Assembly: GCA_028534125.1 (NCBI GenBank)
Contig: CM052818.1
Location: 22,260,001-22,324,000, forward strand
Length of the DNA: 64,000 nucleotides
Source of the DNA: Lama glama
Lineage: Eukaryota
Direction: 5' to 3'
Each line of letters starts with the position of its first letter. The stretch's first letter is position 1. A program made the position numbers and the translations under genes. Positions 43,806 through 55,500 of the stretch are shown piece by piece. Under the pieces are notes generated by a model. That model was not told the origin of the DNA. It did no database searches and was given only the letters and a program-made list of their open reading frames with translations.

Positions 43806-46534
43806 TAATGTGGTAAGATAGCTTTTTTAAAAAAACAGGAATATCTAGCTTTCTAGCTTCCTACCACTTTGCAGGCGTTGGGGTCTTGAGAGGGGTTGGG
43901 TTGGGGGCTAGGGTTTAGAGCTGGCAGAGCCAGGGTTCAGAAGAGCCTGCCCCCCTGTATGTTTTGTAGCATGTTCTTCTAGCTGGAAGAAAGTAATTTG
44001 GACTGTCAAGGGCATTAGTTAGCTCTTTCCCTTGGTAATAAGATTCATCCCAGTTGGCTGACTGGCTGGTGGCAGGGCCTGGCTGGGAGGCCTGAAGGGG
44101 TGTGGCCCGTCTGTGAGTCACCAAGAGGATCACGTGTCTCCAGTGGCAGCTGAAGAACTGATTTTTTTTTTCTCTCCTGCTGGGACGCCCCAGGAACAGA
44201 GCTGCCTGCGGGAGGAGGGCCTTGCCAGCCCGTGGCTGAACTAGGGGTGGGCGGGCCGGAGAACCAGGATTTTTCCTGGACTTTGGAAAGCCTAGGTTGT
44301 GTCCTGGTCCACAGAGGAGGGAAAGAAAAGGAAGATTAAACAGGTTAAACTTATATCTGGGTAGTGTTTGTTTACACGGACAGCTTCCTCTGGGAGTGAG
44401 CACACACGTTATTTATGCAAAAGGATTAAGTGTCTGTGCTTGAGAAAGCAAATTCAACCCAGGTCTCTGGAAAAAGGAAGAAAAACACCAATCTGTCTGC
44501 TGATTCTCACACAGTCGAACAAAGCCTTAGTACGGGTCTTAACTACCAATCACTTGAAAACTGAAAAGTCTGGTTCATAAATGAATTCCTGTTTTTCCTT
44601 CGCCATCCCCTCCCCCACCACCACACACACAGACACGCACACGGAGCTCACTTTTTCCAGAGTAGGTAAGAGATTTAGCCAAAGTTTGTTTCCTTATCTA
44701 CAACAGCTGGGCTCTCTCACCCAGGCTCGCATCCTCTCTCAGCCCTGTGTGAGCCAGGGTCTCCTGGGTCTCCCAGCTTAGCCGGGCGGGGTGGGGGCCG
44801 TTGGTGGAGCCCGCCAGGCCTCGGGCAGCTGTTTCACGTTAACGATGATTGCGCTGGTGCTAACTGGAGCGTTTTGGTGCTGGGCGCACGCTGCCAAAGG
44901 GGATGGGGAGCAGTTTCAAAGTTCTCGCAGATGCCGGGCCGCTGGCTGAGGGCCTCATCTGTGGGGGAGGGGAAGCCTGAAGCCAAGGAGGATTTTGGCC
45001 GGCAAGGACCTCGCAGGCTCCCTGACCTCTTCACCATAAAAAATGTGCAATGGCGAGGAAAAGTCTAAAATGTGGTGTTATTTAGGCCAAACTGCATTTT
45101 GAAGGCCTTGTTTCCACGACATTCCCAAGCTGATTTTTCTAAACAAGTATTTTTGATCAGCTGGAATGTTAGACTTCTCTTTAGGGTAAGCCACATTCAT
45201 TTTTGAAAATTGGTTTGTTTGAAAGCCTAACTGCTAGGATCTGATGTTTTGTGTTTTAGACCCAGTGGAGCGTGGCAAGCTGGGGGGAATCATTCAGAAA
45301 TTTCCTCTTGCCGCAGATCAATGGAGGGTATGTAGGTCATTGTCTTTCTGCAGCAGCTGGAATTAACAGCCCACAAAATGCTCTACGATTGCTTGATCAC
45401 CCTTAGGAAAGTTTTCTTGTAAATTAAGGGAACTAGAAGTAAAAATTGCATGTAAGGACAAGCCAGGATTCCTCTCATGGGCTGGGGAGTGGAACTAAAA
45501 CTGACTCCTGCATTATACTCAAGATAAAAATTCTTTGGTAGTTAGTTGTGAAAATGAGCCCAGAATGTGACGGTGTTTAGAAAGTCCTAATGGTAGCATT
45601 TTCCACTGGCTCTTTGAAAACTAAGGCATTTTTTTTCAGCAGCCCAATTAGTGTGTGCCACCTTCTAAATTGTTTCCAAGTGGGGATGCATGCATGCACG
45701 TGTTTTCCACCCCTCACTCTGTCTGAATCTACTGCTGAGCCGTAAAAGGAAACACACACACAATTACTGAAAAGGCCAAAGCTCAGCACTCGCCCTTGGG
45801 AGTAGATGGAGGATGGTGAGCCCTGCAGCAGCTCAGGAACCCTGATGAAAGGGCCAGGCCTGGAAGGCCCAAAGTGGGAAGGACAAACAGACATAGCTCT
45901 TGGCTGCAGGTCTGGCCAGCACTGGGATGCTCAGTGGTAAAATATGCCTCAGGGGTCTCAGAAAACCCTCAGGCTAGATGGATTCAGGGAGGAGGACCAC
46001 TAGAGAGCATTTGAACCTGGAAAGGAACCATGGCCAGACATTTGCTGTCCTCTAGTCATGCTTGTGGTGACAAGAGTGAGGGCAGAAGTGACTCTGGCCA
46101 CATCTTGAAAGCAGAAGTTTGGTCTCGGCGTCTTCCCTGGCCTTGTGAGTTAGTGGGAGCCAATGTGGCCCCTGGAAGCCGAGCCCGGAGGCTGAGCCAG
46201 GCCAGCCTTCCATCAGGGTCCCATTGTTGTCACCTCATTTAATTGTGTTTCTTTTCTCTCATTCACTCTCTAGGAGATGTGCAGACCTGTGGCTATCCCC
46301 GACATTTCTAGTTTCTCCTTGTGCGGCTGGCAAGGCCAAGGAGGAAGGGAGGAAAGGAAGGAGGGCTGGGGAGGGAGCCACGGCCTGGCGGCTGGACAGG
46401 CCTGGCCAAGAGGAGCCCTGCGGAAAGGGGGACCCCTCAGGCAGCAGGAAACCACAGCAACTCCAGGCCCACCCCTGCCTAGGTGGGTTCTCCCAACCTC
46501 TCCTGACAGTTTATGCTAGACCTGGAAAGTTTAT

Positions 46535-47380
46535 GAGTGTGTTTGTGTGTCTAAGGGTGTGTCTGTGTGTGGAGGGAGGTCGGTTGGAGTGTGTCCACAT
46601 GGAGGGTGTACATGTGTGCGGACCTGTGGCCTTGTCTGTCAGGGTGCGTGTGCACACATGCATGGCATTACTCTGTGTCAGGGGTCTGTGTCTGTGTGTG
46701 GGGCTGCCTCTGTGGGGTGTGTGGATCTGTGTGGCTGTTGGTGTGGGGGTGATGGGTATGTATGTCTATAGGTGTGAGAGTCGGTGGGTGGGCATGGAAA
46801 TCTGTGTGAGTGTGGGTGTGTATGTTGTTCAGTGTGTGTGTAGGTATGTTGGGAATCTATGTGTGAGTGTGGTTATGGGTTTGGGTGTGTCTTGCTGCGT
46901 GTGAGTGTGGGTATGGTTTTGAAGGTGTCTGTTGCTGTGTGTGTGTGTGTAGGTGTGTCAGTGTGTATCTGGATATGGATGTGGGTTGGGTGTGTCTGTT
47001 GCTCTGTGTAGGCGTATAGGTATGTGTGTGTGGATCTGTGTGTAAGTGTGAGTGTGGGCTTGAAGCTGCCATTCTGTGTGTGTGCATTGGTGCGTGTGTC
47101 TGTGTGAGTACGGGGTGCCTTTGCCTGTCCCTGTCGCTGTGTGTCTGCGCGAGTGTGCCTGTTGCTCTGTATGTGTGTATCTGTGTATGGGTGTAGGTTT
47201 CAGTGTGTCTGTTGCTCTGTGTGTGTGTACCCGTGTGAGGGTGGGTTTGGGTGCGCCTGTTGCTGTGGTCAGGGGTGTCTGTGAGCTGCTGCCATGGGGG
47301 GAGGTGTGTGGGTCTGTGGGATGAGGGCTCTGAAGGTGTTGCTACACGTGTGGGTCTGGATGTCTCCGTGTGTATGGAGG
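46535..47380. repeat. Long degenerate (GT)n-rich simple-repeat tract (~850 bp)
   Basis: Continuous interrupted gtgtgt/gtgggt/gtatgt units with strong G+T bias on the + strand. Confidence 0.9.
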
Positions 47381-48734
47381 GGTGTCTCGGTCGGGACAGA
47401 GTGTTAACAACACCTTCGCAGGAAATGCAGTCCTTTTTAGCAGGCCTCTTTCAAGTTAAAAACTGTTTTCAAAACCCGGAAATGGCGGCCAGGCTGTCAC
47501 CCACTTCCTGCAGGGCAGTGGGTAGAACAGGGCTGAGTGGGAGGGTGGCAGACAGGCCTTCAGGCCTGCAGGGACCCCAGACCCACTTCATTGCTGGTCA
47601 CATCTGCCAAGGACAGGCCTCCTGGGCCCGACTGCAGGGACATATTTAGAAACAATTCTCTAGTTGGAGGGGGAGGGGCCCTTTTATTTTCATCTGTTGC
47701 AGAAATAGCTCTTGTCAGATAGGAGTTCTTGTGCCCTCTGGGGTGAGAGGCAGCTCTGAAATAGAAGGAAAGATATTAAGGATTTTAGACAGACGAGAAA
47801 ACTCCTGAGCTCGCTGAAACTGAGTTTAAAATATTTCTCTAAAAATAAGCTTTGTTTTCCTTGTGGATTCCTCTGGCAGTCGGGCCCTTGTGTCAGGGTG
47901 TTTAGCTGGCCTGGGAAGCCAGGCGGAATTTTTAAAAAAGTGAGTGTTTCCCAGCTGTGGCCTTGGAAATTTCTCTGTTTTCCATTTATTGAACTCCTAG
48001 TTTCCGGCTAATTAAAATTATTTTCAAATACAACTCTGTGGCCCAGCAATATTTGATGAAACACAGAATTCCCACTGACCCCTCCGCAGGAGGCTGGGCC
48101 AGGCTGTGGAGTGGCCTGTGACCCCCCTACTGGTCCAGGTGCTGGTTTTACGGGGAGGGGAGACCCAGGCCTTGGTCTTTCCAAATCCCACCGCCCACAT
48201 GTAGTGACTGGAGTGAGAGGCTGCTTGCGGGAGCATCTCTGGGCCCTGTACCACTGGAGAAGGGGCTGCGGCGTCCTTGGCGACCTGCTGTTTGTTCCCC
48301 TGCATGCCCAAGTGGAGAAGGAGTGGACTTCAGGGGAGAGGAACGTGGCTGAGGCACGTCGGAGTTGATCTTGGACTACCTGGCTGTCGCTCCCTGGCCT
48401 GGCTACTGCTGAAGCTTCAGGTCCAGACAGGCCAATGTTGCAGGACCTGCAGGATGTCTGGACTCCCGAGGCGACACATTGTGAAGATGGAAATCCTAGA
48501 TGCCGCAGGGCAAGAGGCATATATAGCTGAGGGCCACGGCTGGTGTGAGTCAGATGTGCTGGCAGGCTCCCCTCCACTGCCCTGGGATTCTGTGCTGACG
48601 TCTGAGGGTGGGATGTGGGGACTCCTGCCGAGACCTTTTGTTCATCCCACAGGTAGTCCTTGATTATCTGGTACACGCCGGCACTGTGGTAACAGAGGTG
48701 ACCTGACAGATGTCACCCCTGCCTTCATGGAGTG

Positions 48735-49045
48735 TACATGTTTTCAAGTTTCATTCATGTTGCAGCATGAATCAGACTTCATTCCTTTGTATGACAGGAT
48801 AATATTCCACGCTATGGACGTACTGTCTTTTGGTTTTTATTCACCAGTTGAACGTTTGAGTTGTTTCCACCTTTTGGCTGTTGTTGAACCACACTGCTGT
48901 GAACACCGGTGTACAAGTTTTGTGTGAACATATGTTTTCAGTTCTTTGGGTTATATACCTACAAGGGGCATTGCTGGATCATATGATAACTCTATGTTTA
49001 ACTTTTTGAGGAGCTGCTGTACTGTTTTCCAATGTGATACATTGG
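48735..49045 (-). mobile_element. LINE1 3' fragment (antisense)
   Basis: ttttcaagtttcattcatgttgcagcatg...gttgtttccaccttttggctgttg...gggttatatacct...tttttgaggagctg. Confidence 0.8.
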
Positions 49046-49109
49046 TTTTTTAGAACGGTTTTACTAACGTCTGTTTCTGCTACATGATGATGCATGCTCC
49101 ACGATGGCC

Positions 49110-49590
49110 ACATAAAAACATGTGCACACTTGTTCACAATAGCCAAAAAGTGGAAACAACCCACATGCGCATCAACAGATGAATAAATCAACAAAAGGTG
49201 GTACACCCACACAACGGGATCGTATTTCATCACAGAGAGGAATGAAGTACTGACACACGCTACAACATGGATGAGCCTTGAAAACATTAAAAGTGAAAGA
49301 GGCCAGACACAAAAGACCACATGTTGTATGATTCCACTTATATGAAATGTCCAAAATAGGCAAATCCATAAAGACAAAAAATAGATTAGTAGTTACCAGG
49401 GGCTGGAAAACGAACAGGGAATGACTGCTGATAGACACAGTGTTTCTCTGCGGGGGGTTGATGAAAATATTCTAGAATTAGCAGTGATGGTTGCACAACC
49501 TTGTGAATAAACTGAAATGTGTACATTTGGATACTTTAATGTGGGAAATTTTATTGTAGGTGAATAATCTCTTAATTGAAAAAAAAAAAA
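49110..49590 (+). mobile_element. LINE1 (L1MB-like) 3' end with poly(A)
   Basis: cacaatagccaaaaagtggaaacaaccc...acaacatggatgagccttgaaaacatt...gatggttgcacaaccttgtgaat... followed by A-tail. Confidence 0.85.
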
Positions 49591-50149
49591 GTATATCCAC
49601 AAGCTGAAATCCCTTCCACAAAAGGGAAGGACAGGGCACTAAGGGAACCTCTGTCAGGGGAACTGACCTCACTTAGGGTTCTGGAAGCCCTTAAAGAAGT
49701 AAGAAAGACAAAGGGTAAGAAATACTTAATAAGGCAAAGGAGCAGTTAAGCAGATTTCTAAGTAACAGGAACAGCTGGTGCAAAGGCCCTGTGGTTAGAG
49801 GGAGCATGACTTCACAGAAGAAAGAAAAGGATAAGGCACCTGAAGGTGGAGAACAGAACAACATGGCACAGGATGGGGCTGGAGTGGTGGGCTCAGCCCT
49901 CGAGGTGTCTCACCTACTCTCTGTCCCCCACCAATTCCTCTATTAGAGCATCATATTCTTAGTTCAATAATTTCTACACCATTTTAAAAATTTTATACTT
50001 TGAACTTTTCTGTATTTTAATTAAACATTTTAAAATAAACTTTTCAATTAAAAGAAAATTGCCCTCAGAGCTCCCCGCTAAAAATATAAATTCCCCTGAG
50101 AGGGGGACTCATTTGGATCCTTTGCCCCGGAACCCAGGAAGTTATCACC

Positions 50150-52000
50150 AGTGGAAAGAACTGGGACTGGAGTCAGGTGGGGAAAAGGTCCCAGGTGCTG
50201 CCAATGACCCACTGAGTGCCCTTGAGCACAGTTCACTGCCTCTTTGAGCCTCAGTTTCTTCATTTGAAAAATGGGCGAATCCATTGTTGTCCATGTTTTT
50301 GTTGTAAAGATTAAGTGGGATAATAGATGTGAAGTGCCTAGAGGTGGTAAGTGGTCAGCAAGCATTAGCTGGCTGTTATTATTACTATTGTTAGTATTAT
50401 CGCCACCATCATGCTTCATCATCTTGGCTTCCCCTCCTCCCCCAGTTCATGCCCACAGGTCTCCTGATCTCCATGCCTTAAAGACTCTAATAGCTCCTAT
50501 TTATGGAACTCCTATCGTGTGCTAAAGCTTAAGACAGTGCTCTTAGCTTACCCAAGACTGAAGTAATGTCACTAGCCCCATTTCAAAGATGAGGAAACTG
50601 AGCTCAGAGGAGTTGTCATAGGCCAGAGGCCAATAAGCTAGGAAAAGGTAGAAGCCAAATTCAAAGGAAGCTAAGTAATGGCTCCTTCAAATTGTCTGAG
50701 GCTGCCTCAGACTCCAGATTTACTCCTACACTGTCTGGAAACTGAGATTTCCAAGAAGCTTTCTAGGGTTTCTTTCCATGCTAGACCACGCCCTGCCTCA
50801 CCTGTGCTTTTAAAACACAGTGAAATCAAGTCAACCTTCAGCTCAAAATCCTCACTCAGAATAAAATCTTACCAAGGCCTACGAGGTCCTACATGATCTA
50901 TCCCTCCCCATCCACCCACTAGCCCCTTTCCCTTCTGACCTTGACTCTCCCTCCCCTCCTCCTGCTCCAACCACTCAGGCCTCCTTGCTGGTTCATAATC
51001 ATGTTAGGCCTACATTCTGTCTCAGGATCTTTGCACTTGCTATTCCTTCTGTCATTCTCTTCCACACGGCCCTTTTCCTCCCATTTCCAGCTGTCACCTT
51101 TTCAGGGGGCCACCCAGACCACCCTCTCTAAAACCACAGCCGCGTCTGGAATCTTTCATCCTGCTTTATTTTTTCCCTCCATTTGTCATCCTTTGACATA
51201 TTTTTGATGCCTTTGTTTATGTATATATTGGCCTTCCTTCTGGAACTCTAAGCTTCATGAGGGCAGGCACTGTCCCCAGAGCAGGGGGAGCCACTGAAAG
51301 ATTTTAAGCTAGGGAGTAAGACAGCCACATTCACATTTTTAAATGATTTCAATTGTGTGGAGAGTAAACTGGAAATCATGATTCCTTATAAAAACAATTT
51401 TAATGCTGAAAAAGTTTTTAAAAAACCATGACCTAGTGTAGCCCTCTCATTCCACAGATAACTAAGGCTCAGAGGAGGTGGGAGGACCCCTCTGGAGACT
51501 TCTTAACTTCGGGGTTTCTATATGAACCCTGGGAAAAGAGACCAACCAGCACCAGGTATGAGTTGTCCCAGTAAGGCTGCTGGTAAAGATGCTGCATATT
51601 GATTCTCATGGAAGCAGACCTAAATCCCTCTGGGCTGAGAGGCTCAGAACAGTGGGTCTGTGGGTGTTCTGTTTTTCTCGCTTCTCAGGGAGGTCCTGGA
51701 GGGTCTGTGGGGGTGGACATGCCAGGAGCTTACAAGGCACAGCCCTGTGAGCCCAGAGCTGCTGCTGGGGCTGAGGCATGAGAGGGCTCGGGGCAGGTGT
51801 CTCCACTGCTGTGTGAGGGGCCTGGTCTGCAGGCGTGACAGGCAAGGGCTCTCGTAGACCTGAGTTCAAAGCTCACTTCACAGCCACTCCCTACCTGTGT
51901 AATCCTGAGCAACTCTCTGAGCCTCAGTTTCCTTGTCTCTGAAATGGGGATGATGACGCAGTTCCTACTACACAAAACCCCCATGAAGGTCAAAATATGA
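50150..52000. mobile_element. Cluster of MIR copies (~50160-50370, 50480-50670, 51850-52000) and L2 (~50740-51370)
   Basis: MIR cores gagcctcagtttcttcatttgaaaaatggg, catttcaaagatgaggaaactgag and ctgagcctcagtttccttgtctctgaaatgggg; L2 text cttaccaaggcctacgaggtcctacatgatct. Confidence 0.7.
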
Positions 52001-52405
52001 TGTCACAGGTAGTGTCTGGGAGAGGTCCTAGCTCAGGGGCCCATAGGTAAAACCGTTTGCAGGCTAGCAGTGTGGGTAGCAGCCTGAGCTGCCCAGTTCA
52101 GCTTTGTTCCTACCAGCTGGGAGAACGTGAGCCAGTGGCTTGATGTCCCCATCTGTAAAATGTCAGTTCTGTCTCCCAGGGCTATCATGATGCTTAAGGG
52201 AACCAGTCAACTCACTTAGCAAGAACAGAACCCCCCACGTAGGAAGTGCCATGTGACAGTTTGTTACTGCTCTCTTGGGTTTTTTTTCACACCTAATCAA
52301 CAGACACCCAGTCTGAGGGGGTTCAGGAAGTCTCCTTCATCTGCCCCAACACGGGGCTGTAAGGTGAGAGTGACAACTGTTTTCCTTTAGAAATTCTAGG
52401 TAGAT

Positions 52406-52568
52406 CTGCGCTGTCCAGTATGGTAGACACCAGCCGCATGTAGCTGTGAACATTTAACTTAAAATTCTTCCTCGGTCACACTAGCCACATTGCAAGGACT
52501 CAGTTGTGGCTAAGGGTTACTGCACTGAACATTTCCCTCATCCTGGAAAGTTCTGTTGGACAGCACTG
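52406..52568. mobile_element. MER3-type hAT DNA transposon remnant
   Basis: ctgcgctgtccagtatggtag...cacactagccacatt...gaaagttctgttggacagcactg, with terminal inverted gctgtcca/tggacagc. Confidence 0.75.
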
Positions 52569-55500
52569 CTATTCTGGAGGGTTCTATTAAAATGCAAACA
52601 ACTGTAAGGAAGGCAACTTCTATTGTCTAACCCTGGAAGGGTTGTCCTTTTCCAAAGCAAGTCCTGGGACACACCCAGGATGTCCTTGATGGCTCCCCCT
52701 CCCTCCACAAGCTAAGGGAGTCCCAAATATTCCCCAACTGCCCCTCTGTCTGGCAGACTGTATGTGCCAGTAGACGAGATGAAGGGACTGCCCCCCACGT
52801 GGTGGCACCTCACAGCCCCGTGCAGCAGCCTGGGACCCGCTTCTTCTCAGATGCCCCGGAGACGTGGACCCCCCAACACACACACACCCCACTGTCCCTG
52901 TCTCCACAGCTGTGACACCACATCCATCCAGTCACCCACACCAGAACTGGGGTCCTCCCAGAGGCTTTCTCCAGCTTCCCTCTACCCTTTCCCTCAGGCT
53001 GCCTGAACTGAAGGACTGTGCTTTCTAGCCAGGCCTGGACAACCGTGGGCTGCTCCTCTCCCCATGCCCCTGCCTGGGACCCCCCCCACCCCGCCAACCA
53101 CCACCACGTCTCTCTGCTTTCTCTGCCTCAACTGAATTTCAACCTTAGCTCTCACCTCACCCCCCTCCCAGCCTCCCAGGGTCCCCCCAGGCCAGCCTTT
53201 GCAGGAGCACAGAGCACACTGTCCTACACCAGCTGCTCACGGCTCTGTCTTCCTCTCCAGCCTATAAGTTCCTTCAGAGAGAGAACGTCATGTTCCTTCT
53301 TGCACACCCCGGCCTGGCTCCTAGAAGGGCCTCAATAAGTGTGCAACAAAACCAGCTCCCCTCACCAACCCGGCGTGAGAGTGGTACTATCCTCTCCCAC
53401 TTGACCGATGAAGAAAATTTGGCTCGGAGAATTGCAGACACTTGCCCAAGGTCTTCCAGCTCATGAATGGTGGGGCCATGGTGCCCCTCCCTATCTCCGC
53501 CCCCACACTCTGTGAGGCTGGGTTGTTCAGAATGGAGAGAGATGCACTGCTCTTTGGTATACATGACCGCCTATTGAGTTTTTCCTCTTATTCCAAACTT
53601 GTGCATGCTTGTTCTGAGCATCCAAACAGCACACAGTGCTTTTCAGCGTGTCCAAACGGAAATGTTCCTCCTGATCTCCCTCCTCAGCCCCACGCAGCAA
53701 AGCTGACCACACGAAACCTGCTTTGTGTGAGGAGTTCCAGAGATTTGACTGTGCACCTCTGTTCATCCTCACACACACTTTCAGTTCACAGGGTGGGGTC
53801 ACGCCGTCCATCCTGGCCAGGGGCCCGCTTAACAGCAGCTTGGTACCCACAGAAGGGAGGCCCTATGGTGGCTGCCCGGGCTCTGCACCAGTTCACAAGC
53901 AATGTGGCATGGACATCCTGACTCACAGATCCCAGGGCAAATATTTCCCTCAGATGAATCTGTGAGGCAGCTTTGCTAGGTTACAGGGAGGCTCCCACGT
54001 TTCGATGGAGGGTAATATGCATTTAAAACCTTGAAAGTGGCCATCATGGTCTCCTCCCAAAATGTGGCATAAATACCTCCCACCTCCCTGGGCCTCCGAC
54101 GTCATTTCCACCCCTGTTCGTTTGCTGTGTGCCTGCCTGTGCTGTGTCTGGAGTCCACATGACAGGGGCTGCACCGTGGGGTCTGGTCTTTGTCTCCCTG
54201 TCCAGTTCTCAATTCCTCCCGTGCTAAGCCCCAGCTCCCCACACCTCCAGGCTCTTGGAGAGCAGCCTGCAATTGTCCACCCCCTCCCCTCGAGCTGGGG
54301 CCAGAGACTGAGGCTGTCAGCTGGGACAGCCCCTCTAGGCTCAGGGCACCTGGGCTTGAGGACAAGGAGGTGGGAAGGTTCTTCCCCTGAAACCAGGGGG
54401 AAGCCCCCAGCCGTGTGACTGTGGACGGGGGCAGCAGACATCCTCCGGATACAACAGTGTTGCCCATTGAGGAAGTGAGACCCTGTAAGACCTCAGCGAG
54501 TATGTGTGCGGGAGTGCGTGTGTGTGCAGAAGTGTGTGAATCGGAGCCCGTGCTGGTGTGCATGTGTGTTTTAGGGGCTGTTGTGTCAGGGGTTATGTAA
54601 GGGAGGCACTCCCTGGGGCCAGCAAACCGCAGTGGTGTAACCGCCGGCCAGCGGGGCCAGCAGTAGGAAAGGAGGGAAAATATAAACACCGCGCTGGGCC
54701 GGTCTCTCACCCGCCACAGGCAGGCCCTGGGCAGGCCAGCCCTTCCGGTCCTCCATTCCTGCCGCCTCAAGCTCTGTGAGCTGGCCTGCGAGGGGTGATA
54801 ATGCAGCCAAGGAGACCAAGGCCAGGGGTCTCAAGAACTCTACAGGGAGCGGACATCCCCAGCTCTTGATCCTGGGCCAAAGGACGGGACGGAGAGGAGA
54901 GCCCAGCAGGGTCTACCTGGGCTTCTCCTGGGTCTGCCATAGGCCATGCTTCCCCCCAGAATGAGGCAAGCCACCTGCCGCACCATCAGAGCTGCTCTCT
55001 CTTTAAAGCCTTCTTGGGGTCCCTGTGTCCCAGAGGCCTCTGCCTGGCATTAGAGCTCATCACCCTGCACTGAGCCAGTGTGGACTCACGGCTCACCTGC
55101 TCACATCCTTGGGGTGGCCTCAGGGCCAGCTGTCTCTGCCTGTCTTATATTCACACATATGTGCACCTCCTCCCTGCTGCCCATAACTCATCCCCAGCCC
55201 AGATGCTTGCCTTCCAGTCAGCACTCAGCCTCTTAGCCCTTCCACACCGCACCTGAGGCCCTCTCTTCCAGGAAGCCACCACTGACTGCTCTGGGAAAGA
55301 GTCCTCTCTCCCTGCTCTGAGTTCCTGAGGCACCTCTGGACACGCAACCTGACATCTGGGCACACACATTCTCTGGTTGTTCACTTTAATAATAGTGGCT
55401 ATCATTTATGCAGCATATTCTCCGCCAAACCTGGTCCCTTAAGGTCGTTATTGCATGTCATCCTCACACTAGCCCTAGAAGGTGGTTTTCTTACCATAAT

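Noticed and set aside
46224..47324. 226-aa and other Val/Cys-rich ORFs
   Set aside because: Translations of the degenerate GT repeat.
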